DNA from: Bacteroidales bacterium
Lineage (GTDB): Bacteria > Bacteroidota > Bacteroidia > Bacteroidales > P3
Reading direction: 5' to 3'
DNA length: 64,000 nucleotides
NCBI GenBank assembly: GCA_017480185.1
Contig: JAFVBC010000008.1
Coordinates: 114,889 to 178,888 of the forward strand
Positions 38,766 to 47,911 of the stretch are shown in pieces. The notes under the pieces were generated by a model that had not been told where the DNA came from, searched no databases, and saw nothing but the letters and a program-made list of their open reading frames with translations. Each line of letters opens with the position of its first letter. The stretch's first letter is position 1. Made by a program: the position numbers and the translations under genes.

Positions 38766-38811
38766 TGTCGAACAAAGCAATAATGACCTGTGTTTTGGGT
38801 TACTATACGCG

Positions 38812-40704
38812 ATGAACACGGCCAACTATTTCGCACAGTTGCGCAACCTTGTCGACAGCGAGCACCAGACCGAGACGCAAGAATTCGTGCAGCAGATTGC
38901 TAACCTCTGCCCCGACGGCACTGGCAAGATAGCACGCCCATCGTGTCGCTACCCTGTCCGTCTGATAGATGAGCGTCGCAACGCAATGAATCAATTTGTG
39001 TTGGGGGTGCTTTTTGATGCCGATAGCGACGATATTGAGCCCGATTTTGAACCAGGCAAGGCGGTTGTGTTTTTCTACTTTAATGGTGCTGAAGCCGTGG
39101 TTGCCACTGTAGCGGTGCAGGTTGAACGTGCCGATGCCAATGGTCTCGCTGTTATTGTTGCTCCCTCGGTGATGCAGCAACTGCAATCCTTGTCGGCACG
39201 CCATTTGCTTGGTATTCATCTGGCAGTCGACGACACTTCTTACCGTGTCATGCGCGATGCCCTGTCGGTAGCATCACAGGCCGACCGCAAAAGCTTCGTT
39301 GCTTTGCGCAACGTGCTTATTGGTGCCGTAGCGCCGACTCGTTCGCCACAACCCACACTTTCTTTTTCTTGGCTCAATGCTGCGCAGAACGCCGCCATAC
39401 AGATGGTGGCCGAGGCGCACGAGGTGGCCATTGTGCATGGACCTCCAGGCACGGGCAAAACCACAACACTGGTTGAGGCCATCATAGAGACACTTCGCCG
39501 CGAGCCTCAAGTGCTGGTGTGTGCCCCAAGTAATGCCGCTGTCGACTGGATTAGCGAGCAACTCATGCGACGTGGTGTGGCTGTGTTGCGGTTGGGAAAC
39601 CCTCTACGTGTGAGCGACACCATGCTGGAATGCAGCTACGAGCAACGTTATGTGGCTCATCCTGATTATCATGAGCTTTGGAATATTCGTCGTCGGCTGC
39701 ATGAGCAAAACGATGGCGAAACCGCACAACGGCTGAGACATCGACAGACCGAACTTGAGATAAAAATAGAGAACGACCTTTACGACCAGGCGCGAGTGGT
39801 GAGTGCCACCCTTGCTGGTGCCGCTATGCGTCTGCCCACTGGAAGGCGATTTGCCACACTTTTTATCGACGAGGCGGCTCAAGCCCTCGAACCCCTCTGC
39901 TGGGCAGCCCTGCTGCGCGCCGACCGTGTGGTCATGGGGGGCGACCATCAGCAGTTGCCACCTACGGTGAAAAGCATCAGTGCCGCCCGACAGGGATTGT
40001 CGACAACCCTAATGCAAAAGGTGGCTCAGTTGTGGCCCAATAGCGTATCTCTGCTCGACACCCAATATCGCATGCATGCCGACATTATGCAGTTTTCGTC
40101 GCAGTGGTTCTATGGCGGCCTACTGAAAGCACATCCGTCGGTAGCCGACCGCTTGGTTTCGCCAATCGACACCCCTCTGGTTTGGGTCGACACCAGCCGT
40201 TTGGGACTGGGCGAGCGCACAGGTGGGCATACGTCGCTGAGCAACATGGGCGAGGCTCGCTTGGTGATTCACACTCTGCGCGACTATATTGAGAGTCTTA
40301 CCCCCACCCTTATCGAAAGTCAACGCACCGATTTTGGCATCATCACCCCCTACCGCAGTCAGGCACGACTGTTGCGACGATTGCTGAAAATGCAACACTT
40401 CTTTCGTCGTTTGAAAGGCCTTATCACGGTGGGGACGGTCGACGGCTTCCAGGGGCGAGAGCGCGACGTTATAATCATCAGCCTGGTGCGCGACAACGAC
40501 AGCCACACCATTGGCTTTATGCGCGATTTGCGACGCATGAACGTGGCTATGACAAGGGCACGCATGAAACTTATCATCGTTGGCAACGCCACCACACTTG
40601 CCTCCAACAGGTTTTATGCTCGGTTGGCACAATATGTTGAAAAACAAGGAAAATTTATAACACTTACACCCTATGAAGACAGTCAAAAAGAAAACCCAGC
40701 TTGA
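38812..40704 (+). CDS. SF1B helicase of the Upf1/IGHMBP2 (DNA2/NAM7) family
   Basis: Motif I is VHGPPGTGKTTTL, motif II is FIDEAAQ and motif III is GDHQQLPP. Motif IV is YRMH, motif V is TVDGFQGRERDVIIIS and motif VI is VAMTRARMKLIIVGN. A roughly 200-aa N-terminal beta-barrel-like domain precedes the helicase. The first ATG after the terminator is at 38812 (MNTANYF...). Confidence 0.8.
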   Translation: MNTANYFAQLRNLVDSEHQTETQEFVQQIANLCPDGTGKIARPSCRYPVRLIDERRNAMNQFVLGVLFDADSDDIEPDFEPGKAVVFFYFNGAEAVVATVAVQVERADANGLAVIVAPSVMQQLQSLSARHLLGIHLAVDDTSYRVMRDALSVASQADRKSFVALRNVLIGAVAPTRSPQPTLSFSWLNAAQNAAIQMVAEAHEVAIVHGPPGTGKTTTLVEAIIETLRREPQVLVCAPSNAAVDWISEQLMRRGVAVLRLGNPLRVSDTMLECSYEQRYVAHPDYHELWNIRRRLHEQNDGETAQRLRHRQTELEIKIENDLYDQARVVSATLAGAAMRLPTGRRFATLFIDEAAQALEPLCWAALLRADRVVMGGDHQQLPPTVKSISAARQGLSTTLMQKVAQLWPNSVSLLDTQYRMHADIMQFSSQWFYGGLLKAHPSVADRLVSPIDTPLVWVDTSRLGLGERTGGHTSLSNMGEARLVIHTLRDYIESLTPTLIESQRTDFGIITPYRSQARLLRRLLKMQHFFRRLKGLITVGTVDGFQGRERDVIIISLVRDNDSHTIGFMRDLRRMNVAMTRARMKLIIVGNATTLASNRFYARLAQYVEKQGKFITLTPYEDSQKENPA

Positions 40705-41407
40705 ACGTGTCGTATTGCTCGGTGTGGCTCTGTTTGCATCAGCAACCGTTTGGGGACAGACCAATGTGCAAGAGATGTACGACTTTAATCGTGGCCACTT
40801 GGTAACAACCGTCGAGGCTTTCCACGCCGACCCCTGGGGCAATACGTTTCTTTTCACCGACATCTACCACCCTGCCGACGTCGATGTCCCCACATCGTTC
40901 TACACCGAGATTGGACGCACCATAAGCATCGGTCAAACAGGTTGGGGCATTCATCTTGAATGGAACGGCGGAAACTTTGCCAACAACGCATTTATGGCCG
41001 GTGTGGATTATTCAATTCACAATGCCGACTTTAGCAACGTCTTCACCTTCCGCCTTATGTACAAGCATGTGCAGGGGGGCACCATGATTTCGCCTTTGCA
41101 GGCCACATTTGTGTGGAATATGAACGGTCTGTTCGGGGTGCAAGGACTGCAGTTTACGGGCAACATTGACTGGTGGCACGAAGAGGTCGCCTTTCCCGGG
41201 CACGAGCCAAACAAAGTGGGGGTATTCCTGTCCGAGCCACAGGTGTGGTACAACATAGGCAGACACTTTGGTTGCCCCAACCTTAACGTGGGAGGCGAGC
41301 TGCGCATAGGCTACAACTTTGCTGGCAACTGGCACAGTGGTGCCGACTTCGAACTTAACCGTGGGTTTGCAGTCGCTCCATGTCTTGGAGCCAAGTGGGC
41401 ATTCTGA
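40673..41407 (+). CDS. Secreted outer-membrane beta-barrel-like protein, function unknown
   Basis: 244 aa. Signal peptide MKTVKKKTQLERVVLLGVALFASATVWGQ. Aromatic/Gly-rich alternating pattern and a C-terminal ...GAKWAF typical of OM beta-barrels. Overlaps the helicase 3' end by 32 nt in another frame. Confidence 0.5.
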   Translation: MKTVKKKTQLERVVLLGVALFASATVWGQTNVQEMYDFNRGHLVTTVEAFHADPWGNTFLFTDIYHPADVDVPTSFYTEIGRTISIGQTGWGIHLEWNGGNFANNAFMAGVDYSIHNADFSNVFTFRLMYKHVQGGTMISPLQATFVWNMNGLFGVQGLQFTGNIDWWHEEVAFPGHEPNKVGVFLSEPQVWYNIGRHFGCPNLNVGGELRIGYNFAGNWHSGADFELNRGFAVAPCLGAKWAF

Positions 41408-41463
41408 TTTCGAGGCGTAAGAGGATGCCTTGATGGGCGCCTCACAAACACATTATCTTCGCA

Positions 41464-41545
41464 TCAAGTAAGGCCGTTCTTCAGTCGTTCTTCAGTCAAC
41501 GACTGAAGAACAACTGAAGAACGACTGAAGAACGGCCTTACTTGA
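41464..41545. repeat. Intergenic nested palindromic repeat, copy C; near-perfect 82-bp palindrome
   Basis: TCAAGTAAGGCCGTTCTTCAGtcGTTCTTCAGTCAACGACTGAAGAACaaCTGAAGAACgaCTGAAGAACGGCCTTACTTGA. It has perfect 21-bp outer arms. Inner arms are 2x GTTCTTCAG and 3x CTGAAGAAC around a CAAC centre. Confidence 0.65.
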
Positions 41546-41672
41546 TACCTATTTGACACACTGCTGATGGTTACTTCCAACACCCTATTCGTAGTGGTAG
41601 AGTTGGGATGGGACAAAATCGAACGGCATCGCCCACACAATAATCCTTGCCGCTATCCGTTTTTGGTGAAAG

Positions 41673-42590
41673 ATGATAACTCCTCCGTTTTTGAAAAAGG
41701 GCGATGCTGTGGGCTTGGTGGCAACGGCTCGGGCTGTCGACGAGAGCATTGTTGAGGCAGCTCGTAACGTCTTTGAATCGTGGGGTCTGCGGGTTGTGGT
41801 GCCCGACGATGTGTATGCGCAGTATGGCCAGTTGGCAGGCGACGACAACCTTCGCGCTTGTGCCATGCAGAGCATGCTGGACGACGACAGTGTGCGCGCT
41901 GTTGTGGCTCTGCGGGGTGGCTATGGCACGGTGCGAATCATAGACCGTTTGGACTTTTCGCGATTTATGCAAAATCCCAAATGGCTGGTTGGTTACAGCG
42001 ACTTTACGGTGATGCACTGCCATTTGCAGCAGGTGCTTGGTGTGGAGTCGATCCATGCCGTGATGCCAGTCAATTTTCCAGAATGCGACGACGATAGTGT
42101 GGCTCTGTGCTCGTTGCGTCGTGCGCTGTTTGGCGAAGCTGACTGTTATGAGGTTGAGCCATCGGCCATCAATCGAGAGGGTACGGCCGAAGGCGTTGTG
42201 GTTGGGGGAAATTTGTCGGTGATTTATAGTCTGCTGGGGTCGGTTTCGGCACCCGACACACGAGGAAAAATACTGCTTGTAGAAGATCTTGACGAGTATA
42301 TCTACCACATTGACCGCATGATGCAAAACCTGTTGCGCAACGGCATGCTCGATGGTTTGCAAGGACTGATAGTGGGTGGGCTCACTCAGATGCACGACAA
42401 TGCTATGCCCTTTGGCCGAACGGCTCGGCAGGTGGTGCGCGACGCTGTTGAGAGGTTTAACTACCCAGTGCTTTTCGATGCTCCGTTTGGCCATATTGGA
42501 GCCAGTAACCGTGCACTTCTTTTAGGCTCAAACATAAGGCTCGAAAGTAGCACCGACAAGATGTGTCATATAACACCTGTGGCATGCTGA
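41673..42590 (+). CDS. ldcA: LD-carboxypeptidase (peptidase S66, muramoyltetrapeptide carboxypeptidase)
   Basis: 305 aa with conserved blocks LKKGDAVGLVA, ALRGGYGTVRI and VGYSDFTVMH that include the catalytic Ser-containing motif. Confidence 0.8.
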   Translation: MITPPFLKKGDAVGLVATARAVDESIVEAARNVFESWGLRVVVPDDVYAQYGQLAGDDNLRACAMQSMLDDDSVRAVVALRGGYGTVRIIDRLDFSRFMQNPKWLVGYSDFTVMHCHLQQVLGVESIHAVMPVNFPECDDDSVALCSLRRALFGEADCYEVEPSAINREGTAEGVVVGGNLSVIYSLLGSVSAPDTRGKILLVEDLDEYIYHIDRMMQNLLRNGMLDGLQGLIVGGLTQMHDNAMPFGRTARQVVRDAVERFNYPVLFDAPFGHIGASNRALLLGSNIRLESSTDKMCHITPVAC

Positions 42591-43906
42591 CAGTGTTTGT
42601 TCCCAAACTTACCAACAGGGTGGGCTACACGTTGAAGGTGTTGTTCACTCGGTTGATGCGTGTTGACTATTGCATCACCACCGACGCTGCTCATTTTGCC
42701 ACCCTCACCACACCGACGCTCTGTTATGCGCCAGAGAGGGTAGGGCAGGGAGTGTACCTAAAAAGTTGTAACCTGCTGTTTTCCACCACTATCGAAGAGC
42801 AACGGTTGCAGTGTAGAAAAGAGGCCGACGGGGTGATAATGTTTCCTGTCTATGGCGGTGGAACCGACTTGCCCTTCGACCCGTTGGCGGCCATTTTCTT
42901 CATGATAAGTCGTTACGAGGAGTATCTGCCATTCAAACTTGACGCTCATGGGCGCTTTGGTGTGCAACAGAGCGTGGCTTACCGCGAGGACTTTGTGATG
43001 CAGCCTGTTGTTGAACAATGGGGAGAACGCATTGCCGAGTTGCTGCGCCGCCATTTCCCAGAACTGAAAATTGTGCACCGACAATTCATGTATTTGCAAA
43101 CAATCGATATTGATGCGGCGTGGTGCTATAAGCACAAGGGGTTTGGACGCAACATGGCAGGATTGGTGCGCGACGCTGTGAAACCCAACTCATGGCCACG
43201 TGTTGTGCAACGGCTGAGGGTTATGTTGCGGCGTGAACCCGACCCATTTGACACCTACGACTTCATAATCAGCCATAGTCCGCGTAAAGTGGGTGGCCAT
43301 CTGTTGTTTTTTGCTTTGGTGGCCGACTACGACCACTATGATAAACCCATATCGCATCTTGAGCCACATCTGCGCCACTTGATGATGCATCTCGGCGACT
43401 ATGCAAAGATTGGTCTGCACCCGGGCTACTACACCATGGAGCAGCCATCGCAATTTGATGTTGAAAAACAGCGGCTTGAGGCTATGTTGCACCGCAATGT
43501 GCTTCGCTCGCGGTTTCATTATCTCCGCATGCGATTGCCATACGCCTACCGCATACTGTTGCACGCAGGTGTGCAAACCGACTATTCAATGGGCTTTGCC
43601 GACGGTAGTGGCTTTAGGGCGGGCATAAGCATTGCTTACCCTTTTTTTGATTTGGAACGAGATATTGAAACCACGCTTGATATACAGCCATTTTGCACAA
43701 TGGACACGTCGCAGCGGATGTATCAAGGCTTAACGGCCGACGAGGCGGTGCAGCAGAGCAGGTCGTTGATTGATGAACTGAAAACTACGGGCGGTACGTT
43801 CTGCTCGGTGTGCCACAATCAAAATCTTTCGGCTTTTGAGGGGTGGGAACCCTGGCGAGAGGCATATGCAGATGTGGCAAAATATGCCATTGCTGCTATG
43901 CAATGA
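42584..43906 (+). CDS. Hypothetical protein, possibly polysaccharide-deacetylase-family-like
   Basis: Preferred ATG at 42584 (MLTVFVPKLTNRVGYTLKVLF...) rather than the GTG at 42563. This N-terminus resembles Bacteroidales proteins annotated as polysaccharide deacetylase family. I cannot verify the catalytic motifs. Confidence 0.45.
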   Translation: MLTVFVPKLTNRVGYTLKVLFTRLMRVDYCITTDAAHFATLTTPTLCYAPERVGQGVYLKSCNLLFSTTIEEQRLQCRKEADGVIMFPVYGGGTDLPFDPLAAIFFMISRYEEYLPFKLDAHGRFGVQQSVAYREDFVMQPVVEQWGERIAELLRRHFPELKIVHRQFMYLQTIDIDAAWCYKHKGFGRNMAGLVRDAVKPNSWPRVVQRLRVMLRREPDPFDTYDFIISHSPRKVGGHLLFFALVADYDHYDKPISHLEPHLRHLMMHLGDYAKIGLHPGYYTMEQPSQFDVEKQRLEAMLHRNVLRSRFHYLRMRLPYAYRILLHAGVQTDYSMGFADGSGFRAGISIAYPFFDLERDIETTLDIQPFCTMDTSQRMYQGLTADEAVQQSRSLIDELKTTGGTFCSVCHNQNLSAFEGWEPWREAYADVAKYAIAAMQ

Positions 43907-43922
43907 ACTGTATGATAATTAG

Positions 43923-44453
43923 TTGATGCCTATGATTAACTATAAGCAAAAACTTGCGCCGATAAGGGCGTTTGTGTTCGACTTTGATGGTGTGATGACC
44001 AATGGCGATGTGTGGATTACGCCCGATGGGCAAACCATGCGTCGCGGAAGTAGCAAAGATGGCTATGCTTTGCAATATGCGGTGCGTCAAGGCTACCATG
44101 TGGCCGTGATAACTGGTGCCAACGCTCAATGCATAGAACATAGGATGCGCTCGTTGGGGGTGGAAGACGTGTTTACTGGTTGTGCCGATAAACGTCGGGC
44201 TTATAATGCCTTTTTGAATAAATATGGACTGAAAGATGAGGAGGTGCTGTGCATGGGCGACGACATTCCCGACCTACCCTTGTTGCGCCTTGTAGGGGTG
44301 GCAACCTGCCCGGCCGATGCTGCTGTTGAGGTTAAAGAAAGGGTTGATTATATCTCTTTGTTGGAAGGTGGTAAGGGCTGTGTGCGCGATGTGATAGAAC
44401 AGGTGATGCGTCTGCATGGCAAGTGGATGTCCGACCAGGCTGAGATATGGTAA
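43923..44453 (+). CDS. kdsC: 3-deoxy-D-manno-octulosonate-8-phosphate phosphatase (HAD-IIIA)
   Basis: 176 aa. HAD motif I is VFDFDGVMTNG. The C-terminus has GDDIPDLP and a conserved KGG motif. Confidence 0.8.
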   Translation: MMPMINYKQKLAPIRAFVFDFDGVMTNGDVWITPDGQTMRRGSSKDGYALQYAVRQGYHVAVITGANAQCIEHRMRSLGVEDVFTGCADKRRAYNAFLNKYGLKDEEVLCMGDDIPDLPLLRLVGVATCPADAAVEVKERVDYISLLEGGKGCVRDVIEQVMRLHGKWMSDQAEIW

Positions 44454-45232
44454 GGCGCATTTTGTTGACTGCACTGATGTGCGTGATGGTGGCGGTGTGC
44501 GCCGAGGCGCAGAACTACTCTGTCAACGACACCACTACGGAGTACCCCAACAAGGGCACTTTCTATCACGACCGCTTTGAGGGACGAAAAACAGCCTCGG
44601 GCGAGGTGTTTGATCAGAACAAATTCACCGCAGCCCACTGGAGGATAAAACTTGGAACGATGATTCTTGTAACCAATAGAAACAGCGGGAAGCAGGTGAT
44701 AGTAAAGGTGAACGACCGTTGCCCTAAACACGGGGTGATAGACCTCAGCCATCGTGCCGCTGTTAGTATTGGCATAAAAGGTTGTCAGCCTGTAACAGTG
44801 AGGATTTTGCCCTCAGGATATGAGGAACGATGGATGGCTCAGGACACTGTGTTTGACTCGGTTAGTTCACGTTTGGTAAAACTTGCCTCTCCGCAATCTG
44901 CAGCGCGCAAAGAATCCAAAACGGAAAAACTAACCGAAAAAGACAAGTCAGAAGAAAAAGTAGACCTTGAAAAAGATAGTATAGTATCAAAGTTAGAACC
45001 CTCGGTTAACTGCAGAATTGTGCTGTGCACTGTCGCGTCGCACAGTGAGGCATTCGACAAGGTGCAATCCCTGCCCGAATTATATCGGCAACGGGTTATT
45101 GTTGAACCGATTGACTCGTCGGAGCAACTTGACTTAATCCTACCGTTGACGCTGCCACTGAGTAGGGCTCGGGAACTGGCCAAGGCATTGTCCCACACTT
45201 TCGGTCAGTGTAAGTTGGAGGTGAATGATTGA
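44447..45232 (+). CDS. rlpA: Septal ring lytic transglycosylase RlpA-family protein (DPBB domain plus C-terminal SPOR domain)
   Basis: Signal peptide, then DPBB core ...GEVFDQNKFTAAHWRIKLGTMILVTNRNSGKQVIVKVNDRCP... A C-terminal SPOR-like roughly 80 aa follows. 7-nt overlap with kdsC. Confidence 0.75.
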   Translation: MVRRILLTALMCVMVAVCAEAQNYSVNDTTTEYPNKGTFYHDRFEGRKTASGEVFDQNKFTAAHWRIKLGTMILVTNRNSGKQVIVKVNDRCPKHGVIDLSHRAAVSIGIKGCQPVTVRILPSGYEERWMAQDTVFDSVSSRLVKLASPQSAARKESKTEKLTEKDKSEEKVDLEKDSIVSKLEPSVNCRIVLCTVASHSEAFDKVQSLPELYRQRVIVEPIDSSEQLDLILPLTLPLSRARELAKALSHTFGQCKLEVND

Positions 45233-45294
45233 AAATAGAGTGTGCACAACGGTTTTGGACTGCAAAAAAAAATAAACAAATAGAGAAATATTTA

Positions 45295-45302
45295 TATCTT
45301 TG
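45295..45302 (+). promoter_or_regulatory. Candidate -7 promoter box (TATCTTTG) for the porPKLMN operon
   Basis: Perfect TAnnTTTG match 45 nt upstream of the porP ATG, in a 114-bp non-coding gap. Confidence 0.3.
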
Positions 45303-45346
45303 CACATTCATACCCATGTGAATAAATTGCGAATGATTTATTAAGC

Positions 45347-46420
45347 ATGAGTTTTGAATGTGTTGAAAAACAATATATTGTGTTGCCGGTCGACAGACAT
45401 CAAGTGCGCAGGCAAAGGCTGAAATTGATTGTTGTTTCGGCTCTTGTGATGCTATTTGCCCCTTGCGTAAAAGCGCAGAACGAGGGTCAATACACGCATT
45501 TTATGTTTAATCGGTTGAGTTATAACCCGGCCTACGCAGGCAGTTCGGGCTCAATATCGCTCACGGCTTTATATCGCAATCAGTGGATGGGTTTGACTCT
45601 GCAGCCCACGGTGTTGGGTGAGGAAGCAGGAACGACACCAACCAATATGCTTTTCAGTTTTGATATGCCAGTGTCGGTGTTGCATGGCGGTTTGGGCTTG
45701 ACTGTGAATTCAGAAAAGTATGGATTCCACAACAACTTGAATATCGACATTGATTATGCTTTCAGAATTTTTTGGGGACCTGGCAATTTGGCTGCAGCAA
45801 TAGAAGCAAATCTGTATAGTTACCAGTTTGATAAAAGCAATCTGCATGGGTCGAGCGACCTTTCGGGGCGTATACTTGACCCGACTGTCACTACAACCGA
45901 CCCCGTGCTTGGAGGGAGCGAGTCGTCGTTTATGATTGATTTTTCGACAGGTTTGTACTATCAAGTGCCCAGTGTTTACTATGTTAGCCTGTCGGTAAAG
46001 AATCTGCTTGGCTCTTCGAATGATGATTTGGGAGTTAAAAATGTGCGTACGCTTTATCTTATGGCTGGATATGAGTACAACTTCCCCTATAACCCATCGT
46101 TCACAATTAAGCCATCAATGCTTGTAAAGGCTGCAGGCTTTTCGGCTTTTCAAGCGGATGTGGCCTGTTTGATTGATTATGAGAACATTTTTTGGGGTGG
46201 ACTTGGCTATCGTTGGGGAGATGCTTTCACTTTCATGGGTGGTTTGAACTTCTTGAAAGTGATGCAGGTGGGCATCGCTTACGACCTAACCACATCGAGG
46301 CTCGGCTTTGGTGGAGGACGGAGTATTGGGTCGGCAGAGATATATTTGAATGCAAGTTTCCAAATAACAATACCAAAGAAAGCACCGTCGGTTAATAGGA
46401 ACACCAGATACTTGTTGTGA
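45347..46420 (+). CDS. porP: T9SS membrane protein PorP/SprF family
   Basis: The N-terminal mature region ...QNEGQYTHFMFNRLSYNPAYAGSSG matches the PorP/SprF signature (Q..QFSQYMFN....NPAYAG). 357 aa from the ATG at 45347. An in-frame GTG at 45404 would give a cleaner signal peptide VRRQRLKLIVVSALVMLFAPCVKA. Confidence 0.7.
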   Translation: MSFECVEKQYIVLPVDRHQVRRQRLKLIVVSALVMLFAPCVKAQNEGQYTHFMFNRLSYNPAYAGSSGSISLTALYRNQWMGLTLQPTVLGEEAGTTPTNMLFSFDMPVSVLHGGLGLTVNSEKYGFHNNLNIDIDYAFRIFWGPGNLAAAIEANLYSYQFDKSNLHGSSDLSGRILDPTVTTTDPVLGGSESSFMIDFSTGLYYQVPSVYYVSLSVKNLLGSSNDDLGVKNVRTLYLMAGYEYNFPYNPSFTIKPSMLVKAAGFSAFQADVACLIDYENIFWGGLGYRWGDAFTFMGGLNFLKVMQVGIAYDLTTSRLGFGGGRSIGSAEIYLNASFQITIPKKAPSVNRNTRYLL

Positions 46421-46485
46421 AAAAAGACGGTGAAAATGAAACATTTTTGAGAAAAACCCGTTTAGAAAACAAAAACCAGGATAAT

Positions 46486-47847
46486 ATGAAGAAGTTGTTT
46501 TTCATTCTCGCAGCGTCGACAGCAATGCTCTGCGCTTGCAGTTCTTCCAATAATGGAGAACTGACAGGTGTGGCCAATCGCCCTTACTTTGAGGATATTG
46601 ACCTCAAGGGAATGGTGTTTGTCAACCAAGGAAATTACACCATGGGCGCTGGTACACAAGATGTGACCTACGGCAAGACAACGCAGCCCCGCAAAATGCA
46701 GATTGAGTCATTCTTTATGGATGAAACCGAGATTACAAACAATGAATATCGTCAGTTTGTATATGCTGTGCGCGACTCGGTGGCCCGTCGCATTCTTGGA
46801 GATGCTGGTATCGATGGCTTTATCATTGAAGAAGATAAGTATGGTGAGCCACTTGATCCACCCATCTTGAACTATAAGACAAAAATTAACTTCAATGATG
46901 TTGATGTGCGTCAGGCGTTGATCGACGGTGGTTTCTATGTCACTGATATTAACCATCGTAAGGCTCTTGATGTGTCGAAGATGAATTATGAGTATTATTT
47001 CATCGATTATAATGATGTCTCGAAGAAGGAAAACGGTGTGAATGCTCGCGCCGAACATAAGGGCACTTCGTTCGCCGTTCGTCCAAAAGGATTGAACAAT
47101 CGTGCTTCTCAAATTCAGAGGGAGTATGTGAATATCTACCCCGACACACTTTGCTGGGTCCACGACTATGCTTACAGCATGAATGAGGACTATACTCGTA
47201 ACTACTTCTCGTCGCCAGCTTATGACAATTACCCTGTTGTCGGTGTGAGTTGGAGACAGGCTAAAGCTTTCTGCGTATGGCGCTCGAACATGCTGAATCA
47301 GTATCTTGAGAATATCGACTATTCGCAACTTAATGACTTCCGTCTGCCGACCGAGAGTGAATGGGAGTTTGCTGCCCGTGGTGGAATTGCTGCTCAAAGT
47401 TATCCTTGGGGCGGACCGTACGTGAGAAATCCCAATGGCTGTTTCTTGGCAAACTATGAACCTTTGAGAGGCGCTTACGACGACGATGGTGGTGTCCGCA
47501 CACTCATGGTTGGCCACTATGCTCCTAATGACTATGGCTTGTATGATATGGCTGGTAACGTCAGTGAGTGGTGTTTGGATGCCTATAATGAGTCAACGTA
47601 CATTGTCGCAAACGCTATTACCCCCTACTATAATTACGATGCGAAAGACGATGATCCACTGGCTATGAAACGCAAAGTGGTTAGAGGTGGTAGTTGGAAA
47701 GACCAAAAGTACTATATCCAAGTTCAAACTCGCACCTACGAGTTTATGGATACTGCAAAATGTTACATTGGTTTCCGTTGCGTGCAGCCTTATTTGGGTC
47801 GTGTGAAGGGTGATAACCTACGCACAGCTTCAAACGTGGCGAGATAA
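46486..47847 (+). CDS. porK: T9SS lipoprotein PorK/GldK (formylglycine-generating-enzyme-like fold)
   Basis: Lipoprotein signal MKKLFFILAASTAMLCAC at the ATG at 46486. The ORF-track start 46417 is GTG. FGE/SUMF1-like C-terminal motifs include VVRGGSWKD. Confidence 0.8.
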   Translation: MKKLFFILAASTAMLCACSSSNNGELTGVANRPYFEDIDLKGMVFVNQGNYTMGAGTQDVTYGKTTQPRKMQIESFFMDETEITNNEYRQFVYAVRDSVARRILGDAGIDGFIIEEDKYGEPLDPPILNYKTKINFNDVDVRQALIDGGFYVTDINHRKALDVSKMNYEYYFIDYNDVSKKENGVNARAEHKGTSFAVRPKGLNNRASQIQREYVNIYPDTLCWVHDYAYSMNEDYTRNYFSSPAYDNYPVVGVSWRQAKAFCVWRSNMLNQYLENIDYSQLNDFRLPTESEWEFAARGGIAAQSYPWGGPYVRNPNGCFLANYEPLRGAYDDDGGVRTLMVGHYAPNDYGLYDMAGNVSEWCLDAYNESTYIVANAITPYYNYDAKDDDPLAMKRKVVRGGSWKDQKYYIQVQTRTYEFMDTAKCYIGFRCVQPYLGRVKGDNLRTASNVAR

Positions 47848-47911
47848 GATAATCTCAAAAGCTTATATTGAATAACATAATCTATTAACAACTATAAACA
47901 AAAGCTAAATT

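Noticed and set aside
38734-38811. Upstream GTG start for the SF1 helicase (ORF-track call)
   Set aside because: The GTG and the next 25 codons lie within and just after a perfect 15-bp terminator hairpin plus T-run. The ATG at 38812 is preferred.
41571-42494. 307-aa minus-strand ORF
   Set aside because: Antisense to ldcA, which has conserved S66 peptidase blocks.
46708-47517. 269-aa minus-strand ORF
   Set aside because: Antisense to porK, which has a clear lipoprotein signal and an FGE-like domain.
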